From the NCBI GenBank assembly GCA_910585485.1, contig CAJUEZ010000003.1:14105-78104 (forward strand): a stretch of 64,000 bases of DNA, given 5' to 3'. The first letter of the stretch is position 1; each line of letters starts with the position of its first letter. Shown one piece after another: positions 49,536 to 59,427 of the stretch. The translations under genes were made by a program, and so were the position numbers. The notes under the pieces are model-generated. The model did not search any database. It was not told the DNA's origin and saw nothing but the letters and a program-made list of their open reading frames with translations. This stretch comes from an uncultured Clostridia bacterium. Lineage in GTDB: Bacteria; Bacillota; Clostridia; UBA1381.

Positions 49536-51665
49536 ATGGAAATTTATAAGGATAAAAATTTTACTATTGATGACAGAACAGAGGATTTGCTGTCAAGAAT
49601 GACAATCGAGGAAAAGATTGGGCAGATGCTCCAGGTCAGTTATAACGTCCTTGACAAAAACGAATATGAAAATTATAAAAATCTTGGTATCGGCTCTTTT
49701 TTGCATGTGCTTGGGAGCGAGGCGGACGACATAAGGGATAAAGCCGCAAAGACAAGACTTGGCATACCGCCCTTATTTGGAATAGACGCTATTCATGGCC
49801 ACGCGTTATTAAACGGAGCGACGGTTTTCCCGTCACAGCTTGCTATGTCATGCAGTTTTAATCGTTCTTTAATACGTGAAATGGGTCGCGCCACAGCGCG
49901 TGAGGTCGCCGCGGACGGTCTTGACTGGACATTTTCGCCCGTACTGTGTATAGCGCGTGATTTAAGATGGGGACGCGTGGACGAAACTTTTGGCGAGGAC
50001 AGCTATGTTATAGGAGAATTGGGCAAGGCGATAATAGAGGGATATGAGTGTGATAATCTGATTATAGCGTGCGCGAAACATTATATAGCATATGGCGAAG
50101 CAACCGGCGGACGTGACGCTTATGACTGTTCGGTCACGGAGAGAAAGGTGAGGGATATTTTCCTGCCGCCGTTTAAGAAAGCGAGTGATGCCGGATGCGG
50201 CTCTGTGATGACGGCATACGGTTCTATTGACACTCTTCCGCTTACCGTAAATAAACGTATGATGCGTGAGATTTTAAAGGATGAAATTGGTTTTGAGGGT
50301 TTTGTTGTAACCGACTGGGAAAATATTAAAAGTCTGGTGACAAAGCAGAGAGCGGCAAAAGATATTAAAGAGGCGTCAAAAAAGGCGGTGGAAGCGGGAA
50401 ATGACATGAGTATGAATACTCATGAGTTTTATAATTGTATGCTTGAACTTGTCAAGGAAAATCAGATTGATATTAAATTGATTGACGATGCCGTAAGACG
50501 TATATTAAAAATTAAGTTCAGACTGAAACTGTTTGACGGCAAAGACAAAATTGATAAAAACATCATAGGCTGTTCCGAACATAAAAAAATCAATCATGAA
50601 CTCTCGAGGGAAAGTCTCGTTTTATTGAAAAACGATAATGTTCTGCCGATAGAGAAAGAGAAAATTAAAAAGATTGCCGTTATAGGACCAAACGCTGATG
50701 ATATACGCGCGCAATACGGTGACTGGACGTATTTTTCACACCCAGAGCCGAAGAAACACGTTCAGCCGAAGGGTGAGTATTATACAGTTCTGCGCGGTAT
50801 TAAAGAAACTTTTGGTGAAGACAAAGTGCTGTATAATAAAGGCTGTGATATTTTCGGAGACGAGAACTATATCAAAAAAGCGGTTAAAATCGCTAAAAAG
50901 GCTGACGCGGTCGTGTGCGTAATCGGTGACTGCCTTGCTCAAAACGGGGAATACCGCGACAGAGCAAATTTGGATTTATCGGGATATCAGGAAGAACTTG
51001 TAAAAGCGCTTGTAGAAACGGGCAAAAAGGTTATAGCAGTACTTATAAATTGTAAACCGCTGTGTATTTCATACATCAAGGAACATTGCGGCGCTGTTAT
51101 AGAGATGTTTAACGGCGGTGATTTCGGAGGTTTGGCGGCGGCTGAACTTATTTCAGGTAAATTTAATCCGAGCGGAAAGCTGAGCGTGTCATTTCCACAG
51201 CACGGCGCTCAGACTCCCTGCTATTATAATCAGTATTCCGGCTGGCACGGCGGACAATATGTTGATTTGCAAAAAGGCAATGTATATGATTTTGCGGACG
51301 GTTTGTCATATTCAAAGTTTGAGTATTCAAACCTTAAATTATCAAGGCATACTGTTCCGAACGGCGGAGCGATAACCGTTTCTGTGGACATTTCAAATAC
51401 GGGCGATATGGATGGCAAGGAAATTGCCATGCTATTCGTCAAAGATGTTGTAAGTTCAGTTCTTACTCCCGAAAAACAGCTTAAAGGTTTTGAAAAAGTC
51501 TTTATAAAGAAGGGCGAGACTAAGACAGTGACATTTAAACTGAAAACCGATGACCTCGCTATTGTGACTACCGACCTGAAATATGTTGTTGAAAGCGGAG
51601 ATTTTGAGATTATGGTCGGCGCGAATACAAAGGAATATCTTACGGAAACGCTGACTGTTCTGTAA
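49536..51665 (+). CDS. Glycoside hydrolase family 3 (beta-glucosidase/xylosidase)
   Basis: DAIHG, RWGRVDETFGED, KHY and VVTDW motifs; Fn3-like C-terminus; no signal peptide. Confidence 0.95.
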   Translation: MEIYKDKNFTIDDRTEDLLSRMTIEEKIGQMLQVSYNVLDKNEYENYKNLGIGSFLHVLGSEADDIRDKAAKTRLGIPPLFGIDAIHGHALLNGATVFPSQLAMSCSFNRSLIREMGRATAREVAADGLDWTFSPVLCIARDLRWGRVDETFGEDSYVIGELGKAIIEGYECDNLIIACAKHYIAYGEATGGRDAYDCSVTERKVRDIFLPPFKKASDAGCGSVMTAYGSIDTLPLTVNKRMMREILKDEIGFEGFVVTDWENIKSLVTKQRAAKDIKEASKKAVEAGNDMSMNTHEFYNCMLELVKENQIDIKLIDDAVRRILKIKFRLKLFDGKDKIDKNIIGCSEHKKINHELSRESLVLLKNDNVLPIEKEKIKKIAVIGPNADDIRAQYGDWTYFSHPEPKKHVQPKGEYYTVLRGIKETFGEDKVLYNKGCDIFGDENYIKKAVKIAKKADAVVCVIGDCLAQNGEYRDRANLDLSGYQEELVKALVETGKKVIAVLINCKPLCISYIKEHCGAVIEMFNGGDFGGLAAAELISGKFNPSGKLSVSFPQHGAQTPCYYNQYSGWHGGQYVDLQKGNVYDFADGLSYSKFEYSNLKLSRHTVPNGGAITVSVDISNTGDMDGKEIAMLFVKDVVSSVLTPEKQLKGFEKVFIKKGETKTVTFKLKTDDLAIVTTDLKYVVESGDFEIMVGANTKEYLTETLTVL

Positions 51666-52922
51666 TCATTTTTGGATTTGTTTTATAAGGGCGATTATAC
51701 CGAGTGTGAACACTATAAGTCCTCCGGCTATAAACGAAATCAGCACAGGCATGGGAAATTTGCCGGGTGCTGTTTTTTCGTTGTCCGCAATCGGTGCGGG
51801 AGAGAGGCTTTCCTGTGTGTAGTTCATTATTTCCTCATACGATAGAAGACTTTTTCCCATTCCGAGACGAAGCAAGGAATACGAGCCGTTTTCATTGTGG
51901 AGAATTGCGAAGCTGTATTCGGGAGTTTCGCTGTTATTCTCGTAATAAATATCTGACATAAGCACGAAAATATTTTCATCATCTATGTTGTACACTCCTA
52001 TAAGATCCAAAATTTTTGTTGCGAAATATGAGTCGAATCCGCCGGTATAATAGTAGAAACCGTTGTTATAGCAAAATCCGCGGGAAAGAAGAGTGTTTAC
52101 GGGTGGTTTTTCAGGGGGTATTTTGAATATGCTGTTCATAACAAAGTCTATAAAATCACTGCTGACAATCGATACATTGTTGTATCCCAGACTGCTGCTG
52201 TTCCCTGATGAAGCGGGAATATCAGTTATAATTTGAAAATTTTTGTGAGTATATAGAATGTATTTAAAAAGTGTGTCATAATCGTAATCCCTGATGTCAA
52301 AGCTCATAATATCCGCGCATGCGGTTAAAAGAGTTTTGATATTGTTTTTTTCAGCGTCGGACATGATGTTTATTTTATTTTCAAAGGGATAATTTGATAT
52401 AATATCCTTTTTTAAATCATTAAGAAAAGCGGACACATTCTTTGATGGCTGATAAGAAATGATTTTCCCTTTTTCATAGCCCGCTATATACGATATTGTA
52501 TCATATTCCACAGTGTAAGCTTGCGTAAAGGTGTCGCTTTGCATTGTAAAAAATTCGTTGGTCGTTTTTGAAGCGGAGGTTGTGCTGAAAACTATATAAT
52601 TATTCTCACCGTTTGCTGTTAATCCGAGTTTATAAGTATTTTCTCCTCCGTATGGAAATGTAAGAGTATCGGTGCATTGTATACCATCCGAATTATCGTA
52701 TGCCTCACATACTATAGATGATTCCGTGATATAAACTATTAAAAGCGAATCACGGTTTTCAAAATTTTTTATGCCGGAGTACACAATTCCTTTTCCACCG
52801 TCAAATATACCGTGTTCCTTTATTTTATCTGAAAGTACCTCGTCAAACTGTGTCGAGGCAAATGATGTAACAGGCATCATAATAAATAAAAATACAAAAG
52901 TTAAAAACAATTTTTTCACCAT
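51666..52922 (-). CDS. Secreted, C-terminally anchored hypothetical protein
   Basis: Signal peptide, C-terminal TM, GGAGGTG SD. Confidence 0.75.
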   Translation of the reverse strand: MVKKLFLTFVFLFIMMPVTSFASTQFDEVLSDKIKEHGIFDGGKGIVYSGIKNFENRDSLLIVYITESSIVCEAYDNSDGIQCTDTLTFPYGGENTYKLGLTANGENNYIVFSTTSASKTTNEFFTMQSDTFTQAYTVEYDTISYIAGYEKGKIISYQPSKNVSAFLNDLKKDIISNYPFENKINIMSDAEKNNIKTLLTACADIMSFDIRDYDYDTLFKYILYTHKNFQIITDIPASSGNSSSLGYNNVSIVSSDFIDFVMNSIFKIPPEKPPVNTLLSRGFCYNNGFYYYTGGFDSYFATKILDLIGVYNIDDENIFVLMSDIYYENNSETPEYSFAILHNENGSYSLLRLGMGKSLLSYEEIMNYTQESLSPAPIADNEKTAPGKFPMPVLISFIAGGLIVFTLGIIALIKQIQK

Positions 52923-53088
52923 TACCACCTCCGTAAATAATAGTTTTTCCCGAAATTTAAAATTTTTTCAAAAATTCTATTAAAATATTTATCAATATAT
53001 GGTACAATGATTAAGGATGAGTTTGCGAATATGTTTTAAGTTAAACCTTAATTTATATGTGTGATGATGATTTATATCAGGGAGTGGA

Positions 53089-53634
53089 ATGGAGAATAAC
53101 ATGCTGAAAGCAATAGAAAAAATACTGATAACTAAAAACGAGATAGATAAAAAGGTAAAATTACTGGGCGAAAGAATCAGTAATGATTACGCGGGCCGAG
53201 AAATAGTTCTTTTGATTATACTTAAAGGAAGTATTGCCTTTGCAGCGGATCTCATGCGTGAGATTACAGCGGATGTGAGGCTTGATTTCATGCAAATATC
53301 AAGTTACGGCTCGTCTACTGTTTCGGGAGAACTGAAAATATTAAAAGACGCTCAGTCGGAACTTGGCGGAAAAGACGTTATTATCGTAGAGGACATTATA
53401 GACAGCGGTAAAACATTAAAATTGCTTACCAATCTTTTAAGCGAGCGCGGAGCGAAAACGCGTATATGCGCGCTGCTTTCGAAACCTGCAAGACGCGAGG
53501 TGGATATAGATGTTCAATATCTCGGTTTTGAGATAGAGGATGAATTTGTTGTGGGATACGGACTCGATTATGACGAGCGTTTTCGCAATCTTCCATATAT
53601 AGGAGTTTTGAAAAAAGAGGTTTATGGTGACTGA
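53089..53634 (+). CDS. hpt: Hypoxanthine phosphoribosyltransferase
   Basis: LKGS, IVEDIIDSGKTL and FVVGYGLD motifs (start may be 53101). Confidence 0.95.
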   Translation: MENNMLKAIEKILITKNEIDKKVKLLGERISNDYAGREIVLLIILKGSIAFAADLMREITADVRLDFMQISSYGSSTVSGELKILKDAQSELGGKDVIIVEDIIDSGKTLKLLTNLLSERGAKTRICALLSKPARREVDIDVQYLGFEIEDEFVVGYGLDYDERFRNLPYIGVLKKEVYGD

Positions 53635-53635
53635 T

Positions 53636-55300
53636 ATGAAAGTTTTACTTGCGGCGGTAAACGCTAAATATATACATACTTCTCTCAGTGTGCGCACTCT
53701 CAGCGCGTACGCGGCGCGCGATAATGTTGAATTTGCGGAATACACTATAAATGAGCGCGCGGAAGATATACTCCGTTCAATTTATTTAAAGAAAGCCGAT
53801 GCTGTGCTCTTTTCTTGTTATATCTGGAATATAAAAATGTGTCTTGATATTGCGGATATGCTTAAAAAGGCATCGCACTCAACCAAGATAATTTTGGGCG
53901 GACCGGAGGTAAGTTATGATGATTCATATATAGAGAATTATGACTTTGTGGATGGAATTATGCGTGGAGAAGGTGAGGAAACCTTTAAAGAGTGGCTTGA
54001 AAAAGGCGATAACATAAAGGGAATGACATATCGAAAAGGTAAGGAAATAATCAGAAACGCGGATAGGGAACCGATACACGATATAACTTCTATACCGTTT
54101 CCGTACACAAGCGATGACTTGCGTAAAAATAAAGGAAAACTTATATATTATGAATCAAGCCGCGGCTGCCCGTTCAAATGCAGCTATTGTCTTTCATCAA
54201 CAACTCATAATGTGCGTTTTCGTGACCTTGAAACGGTTAAGAACGAATTACTGTTTTTTATTAAGCATGATGTCAGGATAGTAAAATTTGTCGACAGGAC
54301 ATTTAATGCGGACAGGAAGAGAAGCTATGAACTTATAAAGTTTTTAATTGACAATGCAGGAGATACCACGTTTCATTTTGAGGTTGCGGCGGATCTTATA
54401 AATGATGAACTTATCGCCTTGTTTAAAACTGCTCCGAAGGGACTTTTTCAGCTTGAAATAGGAGTGCAGTCCACAAATGACGAGGTGATTTCGGCAATAG
54501 ACAGAAAAACTGATTTTAATCTGATAAAAAAAGCGGTGCGCCTTATACATGAGGCGGGAACTGTGCATATGCACCTTGACCTTATAGCGGGACTGCCGTT
54601 TGAGGATATAAATTCGTTTAAAAATTCTTTTGACGATGTGTTTGCTCTTCGTCCGCATGTGCTTCAGTTGGGATTTTTAAAGCTTCTGCGCGGAACTAAG
54701 ATACGCAGTGAGTCGGATAAATACGGGTATCAGTATAGTTCAAAACCACCATATGAGATAATAAGAAATGACTTTGTTTCATACGATGATATTCTTCTTT
54801 TAAAAGGTGTTGAAGAAGTGTTTGAAAAATATTATAACAGTTCTGTTTTTTTGAATTCAATGGAATATCTTCTGCAAAAATATTCGTCCCCGTTTGATTT
54901 TTTTGCTAATCTGTGGAGTTTTTATTCAAACGGCGGATATCATCTTGCGGGACAGTCGAGGAATAATCTTTACAAGATATTATCGGATTTTTTGGACGAT
55001 GACTTGTTTAAGGATATATTGAAACTTGACTACTTTATAAACAATAAAGGCGCAAATACTCCGTCATGGGCGCTTAGAGAATATAACAGAAAGCTTCTTG
55101 GCGAGCGTTTTGAAATTCTCACGGAGGATTTTATATCGGAAAATTTAAGCGAATATAACGGAATGGCAACTAAGGATATAATCAAAAATCTTACTTTTGA
55201 AGAGTTTGAATATGATGTTTTGGGAGATAAAAAAAGGAAGAAGAATATAATAATTTTTGATAATAAATATGACAGAAGGGTAAGGATATATAAGGATTAG
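53636..55300 (+). CDS. B12-binding domain radical SAM protein (DUF4080-type)
   Basis: NAKYIH, SCYIWN, GGPEVS and RGCPFKCSYC motifs (start may be 53624). Confidence 0.9.
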   Translation: MKVLLAAVNAKYIHTSLSVRTLSAYAARDNVEFAEYTINERAEDILRSIYLKKADAVLFSCYIWNIKMCLDIADMLKKASHSTKIILGGPEVSYDDSYIENYDFVDGIMRGEGEETFKEWLEKGDNIKGMTYRKGKEIIRNADREPIHDITSIPFPYTSDDLRKNKGKLIYYESSRGCPFKCSYCLSSTTHNVRFRDLETVKNELLFFIKHDVRIVKFVDRTFNADRKRSYELIKFLIDNAGDTTFHFEVAADLINDELIALFKTAPKGLFQLEIGVQSTNDEVISAIDRKTDFNLIKKAVRLIHEAGTVHMHLDLIAGLPFEDINSFKNSFDDVFALRPHVLQLGFLKLLRGTKIRSESDKYGYQYSSKPPYEIIRNDFVSYDDILLLKGVEEVFEKYYNSSVFLNSMEYLLQKYSSPFDFFANLWSFYSNGGYHLAGQSRNNLYKILSDFLDDDLFKDILKLDYFINNKGANTPSWALREYNRKLLGERFEILTEDFISENLSEYNGMATKDIIKNLTFEEFEYDVLGDKKRKKNIIIFDNKYDRRVRIYKD

Positions 55301-55332
55301 GAACGGTAATAACCGGCAAATATCCGCTTAAT

Positions 55333-55749
55333 TTAAACCAATTTATATTTTGGCTTTTCTTCATCAAAAAAAAGATACCTGATATAATCGTCAGTAATTA
55401 TACATACAGGACTTAAAAGAAACCATAAAATCATGTATGGCAGACAAATCTGTCCCATAATATTAAGCGGCATATCGCTGTAACTCCATACGTCAAGACC
55501 TAACCATAAATTGAGGATACATCCTGTGATGAATTCCAAAAGAGTGATTATAAATGTGCCTATAATCATTTGTATGGGCAGGGGAACATCCCATGTGTAT
55601 TTTTCATTTATAAGTCCGAGAAGCACAAAGCAAAGTCCGCCGAGAATGAACATACTCCAGTGTGAATATCCGCGCCATAGAAGTTCAATCAGCAAATAAA
55701 CTATTCCTCCAAACGAGAAGAGAAATGAGTATTTTAATAAATTAGCCAT
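55333..55749 (-). CDS. Small membrane protein of putative ABC permease (CmpB-like) family
   Basis: IELLWRGYSHWSM, WSYS..PLN..GQIC motifs; four TMs. Confidence 0.75.
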   Translation of the reverse strand: MANLLKYSFLFSFGGIVYLLIELLWRGYSHWSMFILGGLCFVLLGLINEKYTWDVPLPIQMIIGTFIITLLEFITGCILNLWLGLDVWSYSDMPLNIMGQICLPYMILWFLLSPVCIITDDYIRYLFFDEEKPKYKLV

Positions 55750-55821
55750 ATGATAATTCCTTTCTGTATACAAATTACAATTTTTATTATTATATGACCG
55801 ATATGAAAAAAATAATCAAAA

Positions 55822-55849
55822 AATGCCGTATACTATTGTATACGGCATT
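55822..55849 (-). terminator. gyrB terminator
   Basis: AATGCCGTATAC-TATT-GTATACGGCATT with a T-run on the minus strand. Confidence 0.85.
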
Positions 55850-55858
55850 AATAGTTGA

Positions 55859-57787
55859 TTAAATATCAAGATTTGAAACATATTTTGCGTGCTGTTCAAT
55901 AAATTCGCGTCTTGGTTCAACCTTATCGCCCATGAGAATAGTGAAGGTTTGGTCAGCTATAATAGCGTCTTCAATATCCACTTTGAGCATGGTTCTCTTG
56001 GCTGGGTCCATAGTAGTTTCTTTAAGTTCGGCAGGGTCCATTTCTCCAAGACCTTTATAACGCTGAACTTTTGCTCCCGGACCAAGTTCCGCAATAAGAC
56101 GGTCACGCTCATCCTCGTCAAACGCAAAGTGTTCTTCAAGGTTCTTATTTTTACCCTTGAACACTTTGAAAAGCGGCGGCTGAGCGATGTATATATTGCC
56201 GTTTTCGATAAGCGGACGCATATATCTGAAGAAGAAGGTCAGAAGAAGTGTTCTGATATGCGCGCCATCGACATCGGCATCAGCCATAATAACAATTTTA
56301 CCGTATTTCAGATTATTAATATCAAAATCCTCGCCGATTCCCGTGCCGAGAGCCTGTATTATAGGCAGCAGCTTTTCATTTGAGTAAACCTTATCAATAC
56401 GTGATTTCTCAACGTTAAGCATTTTACCCCATAGCGGAAGAATAGCCTGAAAACGTCTGTTACGTCCCTGCTTAGCGCTGCCTCCGGCACTATCTCCCTC
56501 GACTATAAACAACTCGGCATAATCAGCGCCTTCATCGGTACACTTTGCGAGTTTACCCAAAAGCGAGGAATTGGAAGCGTTTGAATTTTTTCTTGTAAGT
56601 TCTCTCGCGCGCTTTGCCGCCTCTCGCGCTCTCGATGCTGTGAGAGTTTTTTCCACTATTGTTTTGGCAATACGCGGGTTTTCCTCGAAGAATGCGGACA
56701 GCTTGTCGTTTAATGCGTTTTCAACGAGAGTTCTCGCCTCGCTGTTTCCGAGTTTTGTCTTTGTTTGTCCCTCGAACTGCGCCTCTACAACTTTGACGCT
56801 GATAACCGCTGTGAGTCCCTCTCGGGTATCTTCACCCGAAAGATTAGGGTCTTTTTCTTTAAGAAGATTATATTTTCTCGCATAATCATTCACAACACGC
56901 GTAAGACCTGCTTTAAAGCCTGTTTCGTGTGTGCCGCCGTCACCTGTGTGAATATTGTTCGCGAAACTCAGAAGCGCTTCGGAATATGCCGTGGTGTACT
57001 GCATTGCTACTTCTACCATCATATCGTTTCGAGTTGCCTCAAAGTATATAATCTCATCATGAAGAGGGTCTTTATTTTTATTGATGTACTGAACAAATTC
57101 TTTTATGCCACCCTCTGCGTGAAGTGTGACAGTTTCCGGATTTTCATTTCTGAAATCGGTAAGAAGAATTTTTACACCCTTGTTTAAAAATGCCTGCTCA
57201 CGAAGTCTTTTTAAAAGAACATCGTAATCAAATTCAAGCACTTCAAATATTTCGCCGTCAGGCTTAAAGGTGATTTTTGTTCCTGTTTTATCTGTATCGC
57301 CGATAACCTTTAGCTTGCATGTCGGCTTACCGCGCTCATAGCTTTGATAATGTATGTGCTCGCCGTCTGAAACCTCAACCTCTAATTTCTCTGACAGCGC
57401 GTTAACAACGGAAGAACCAACACCGTGTAAACCTCCTGAAACTTTATATCCGCCTCCGCCGAATTTTCCGCCCGCGTGAAGAATTGTAAGAACGACCTCA
57501 ACAGTCGGAATACCTTGCTGCGGATGAATACCGACAGGGATACCGCGTCCGTTGTCAGTAACGGTCACGGAGTTATCGGGGTTAATATCAACCTTTATTT
57601 CGCTGCAATAGCCCGCAAGCGCTTCATCTATTGAGTTATCAACAATTTCGTATACAAGATGATGCAGACCTGCCGAAGATGTCGAGCCGATATACATACC
57701 GGGACGCTTTCTGACAGCGTCAAGTCCTTCAAGTACCTGAATCTGACTTTCGTCATAGGTAGTCTCAATCTTTTCTAAATCACTCAT
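55859..57787 (-). CDS. gyrB: DNA gyrase subunit B
   Basis: GHKL ATPase motifs, [15 protein letters not shown] and QRYKGLGEM; follows recF-remB. Confidence 0.93.
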   Translation of the reverse strand: MSDLEKIETTYDESQIQVLEGLDAVRKRPGMYIGSTSSAGLHHLVYEIVDNSIDEALAGYCSEIKVDINPDNSVTVTDNGRGIPVGIHPQQGIPTVEVVLTILHAGGKFGGGGYKVSGGLHGVGSSVVNALSEKLEVEVSDGEHIHYQSYERGKPTCKLKVIGDTDKTGTKITFKPDGEIFEVLEFDYDVLLKRLREQAFLNKGVKILLTDFRNENPETVTLHAEGGIKEFVQYINKNKDPLHDEIIYFEATRNDMMVEVAMQYTTAYSEALLSFANNIHTGDGGTHETGFKAGLTRVVNDYARKYNLLKEKDPNLSGEDTREGLTAVISVKVVEAQFEGQTKTKLGNSEARTLVENALNDKLSAFFEENPRIAKTIVEKTLTASRAREAAKRARELTRKNSNASNSSLLGKLAKCTDEGADYAELFIVEGDSAGGSAKQGRNRRFQAILPLWGKMLNVEKSRIDKVYSNEKLLPIIQALGTGIGEDFDINNLKYGKIVIMADADVDGAHIRTLLLTFFFRYMRPLIENGNIYIAQPPLFKVFKGKNKNLEEHFAFDEDERDRLIAELGPGAKVQRYKGLGEMDPAELKETTMDPAKRTMLKVDIEDAIIADQTFTILMGDKVEPRREFIEQHAKYVSNLDI

Positions 57788-57826
57788 ACGTTTAATCTCC
57801 TTATCTTAATTCTATCCTCATTTATC

Positions 57827-58075
57827 CTAACGTAAACCGCGTTTTGCCAATATTTTTGAAGAAACGGAGGATATAAAAACTTTGGTTTTGCCTTTGTCAT
57901 TTACTACAACGAACGATTTAGGCAAATCGTCGGTAGAGTTTATAATCAAACCGCTTTTTTGTGACTTGGCGAGAAAGTTTCTCCCGAGTCTTGAAACGGT
58001 TGTATTATCCATATCAAAAATTCCTATAATATCTTTTGTGCTTACAACAATATTTTCCTCAACTCTCATGTACAT
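57827..58075 (-). CDS. remB: RemB/YaaB (DUF370)-like protein
   Basis: DIIGIFD and PKSFVV motifs; position between recF and gyrB. Confidence 0.85.
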   Translation of the reverse strand: MYMRVEENIVVSTKDIIGIFDMDNTTVSRLGRNFLAKSQKSGLIINSTDDLPKSFVVVNDKGKTKVFISSVSSKILAKRGLR

Positions 58076-59170
58076 TTACTTTCCCTCCCTTAAAGCTGAG
58101 CCGTTTTTTATGTGAAACAGTTTCGTGCTGCCGGTGCTTTCTATAAGGTCGGTGTCTGTTGAGGTGATGAGCACCTGCTTGTCACGTATTTTTTGCGACA
58201 AATACATTCGTCTGTTTATATCAAGCTCGCTCATTATATCATCAAGCAGAAGAACCGGATATTCGCCTTTGATGGATTGCAGATAATCCGCCTGCGCGAT
58301 TTTCATTGAAAGAGCCGCTGTGCGCTGCTGTCCCTGAGAAGCGTATATCCGCGCCTCGTTTTCGTTTACGGAGATATGCAAATCGTCTCTCTGAACTCCG
58401 ACCTGCGCTGAGGCAAACTCTATCTCGCGTCGCTGATTGCGCTCAAAGTATTTGAATATTGAACTTTTATCAATCCCCTCGGATTTAGTGCCGGGGGAGT
58501 AGGATATTTTCAAAATTTCGCCTGAGATTTCCCGCTGTATTTTTGACGCGAAGCCGTCAATCAGGTTTATAAACTCAATGCGGTATTCCATTATTTTAGA
58601 AGCCTCTAATGCAAGCTGTTCATTCCATACTGAAAGCATCACGTCCGAATGCGCTCCCTGTTTTTTGAGCGCTTTTAAAAGGCTGTTCTTTTGCGCGAGG
58701 ACTTTGTGATAATCTATAAGGCTTGTAAGATACCTCGGATAAAGCTGACTTATTGATGAATCCATAAAACGTCTGCGTGAGGACGGAGCGCCTTTGACCA
58801 GGTCGAGATCCTCCGGAGAGAACATAACCACATTCAGATAGTTCATCAGCATACTCAGCTTTGTTATCTGCACGTGATTAATTTTGATGTTCTTTTTCCC
58901 ATTTTTGATAAGACGCATTGAAGCGCTGTAATCACGATTGTTATCATGAAATTCCAAAGACAGCTTGGAAAACTCTTCTCCAAATTTGATAAGTTCCTTA
59001 TCGGATTTCGCTCTGTGACTTCTGCCCTGCGAGAAGAGATACACAGCCTCTAAAATATTCGTTTTGCCCTGCGCGTTATCACCGTAAATAACATTTGTAT
59101 ACGGTGAAAATTCGATTTTCTCTTTAGAGTAATTTCTAAAATTTGATAGCGATAGGGAAGAAATATACAT
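58076..59170 (-). CDS. recF: DNA replication/repair protein RecF
   Basis: GDNAQGKTNILEA, SQGQQR and LLDD.MSELD motifs. Confidence 0.97.
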   Translation of the reverse strand: MYISSLSLSNFRNYSKEKIEFSPYTNVIYGDNAQGKTNILEAVYLFSQGRSHRAKSDKELIKFGEEFSKLSLEFHDNNRDYSASMRLIKNGKKNIKINHVQITKLSMLMNYLNVVMFSPEDLDLVKGAPSSRRRFMDSSISQLYPRYLTSLIDYHKVLAQKNSLLKALKKQGAHSDVMLSVWNEQLALEASKIMEYRIEFINLIDGFASKIQREISGEILKISYSPGTKSEGIDKSSIFKYFERNQRREIEFASAQVGVQRDDLHISVNENEARIYASQGQQRTAALSMKIAQADYLQSIKGEYPVLLLDDIMSELDINRRMYLSQKIRDKQVLITSTDTDLIESTGSTKLFHIKNGSALREGK

Positions 59171-59401
59171 TTATTCTGCTCCTACTGTAATTTCAACCGT
59201 TTCATCCTCAAACGCGACTGTTACTATATCGCCCGCGCGGATTTTTTTGCCGCGCATTTCGCATTCCTCGCCGTTTACGGATACGATTCCGTCTTGAATC
59301 ATATCCTTTGCCATAGCGCCGCTTTCGGCAAGCGCCGAGAATTTTAAAAGCTGGTCAAGCTTGATGTATTCTGTTGTTATGTTTATGTTCATTTTTTCCA
59401 T
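59171..59401 (-). CDS. yaaA: S4-domain RNA-binding protein YaaA
   Basis: EYIKLDQLLK, SG..AK and RGKKI motifs. Confidence 0.9.
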   Translation of the reverse strand: MEKMNINITTEYIKLDQLLKFSALAESGAMAKDMIQDGIVSVNGEECEMRGKKIRAGDIVTVAFEDETVEITVGAE

Positions 59402-59427
59402 AACTTCTGTTTCCTCATTTTATCTGA

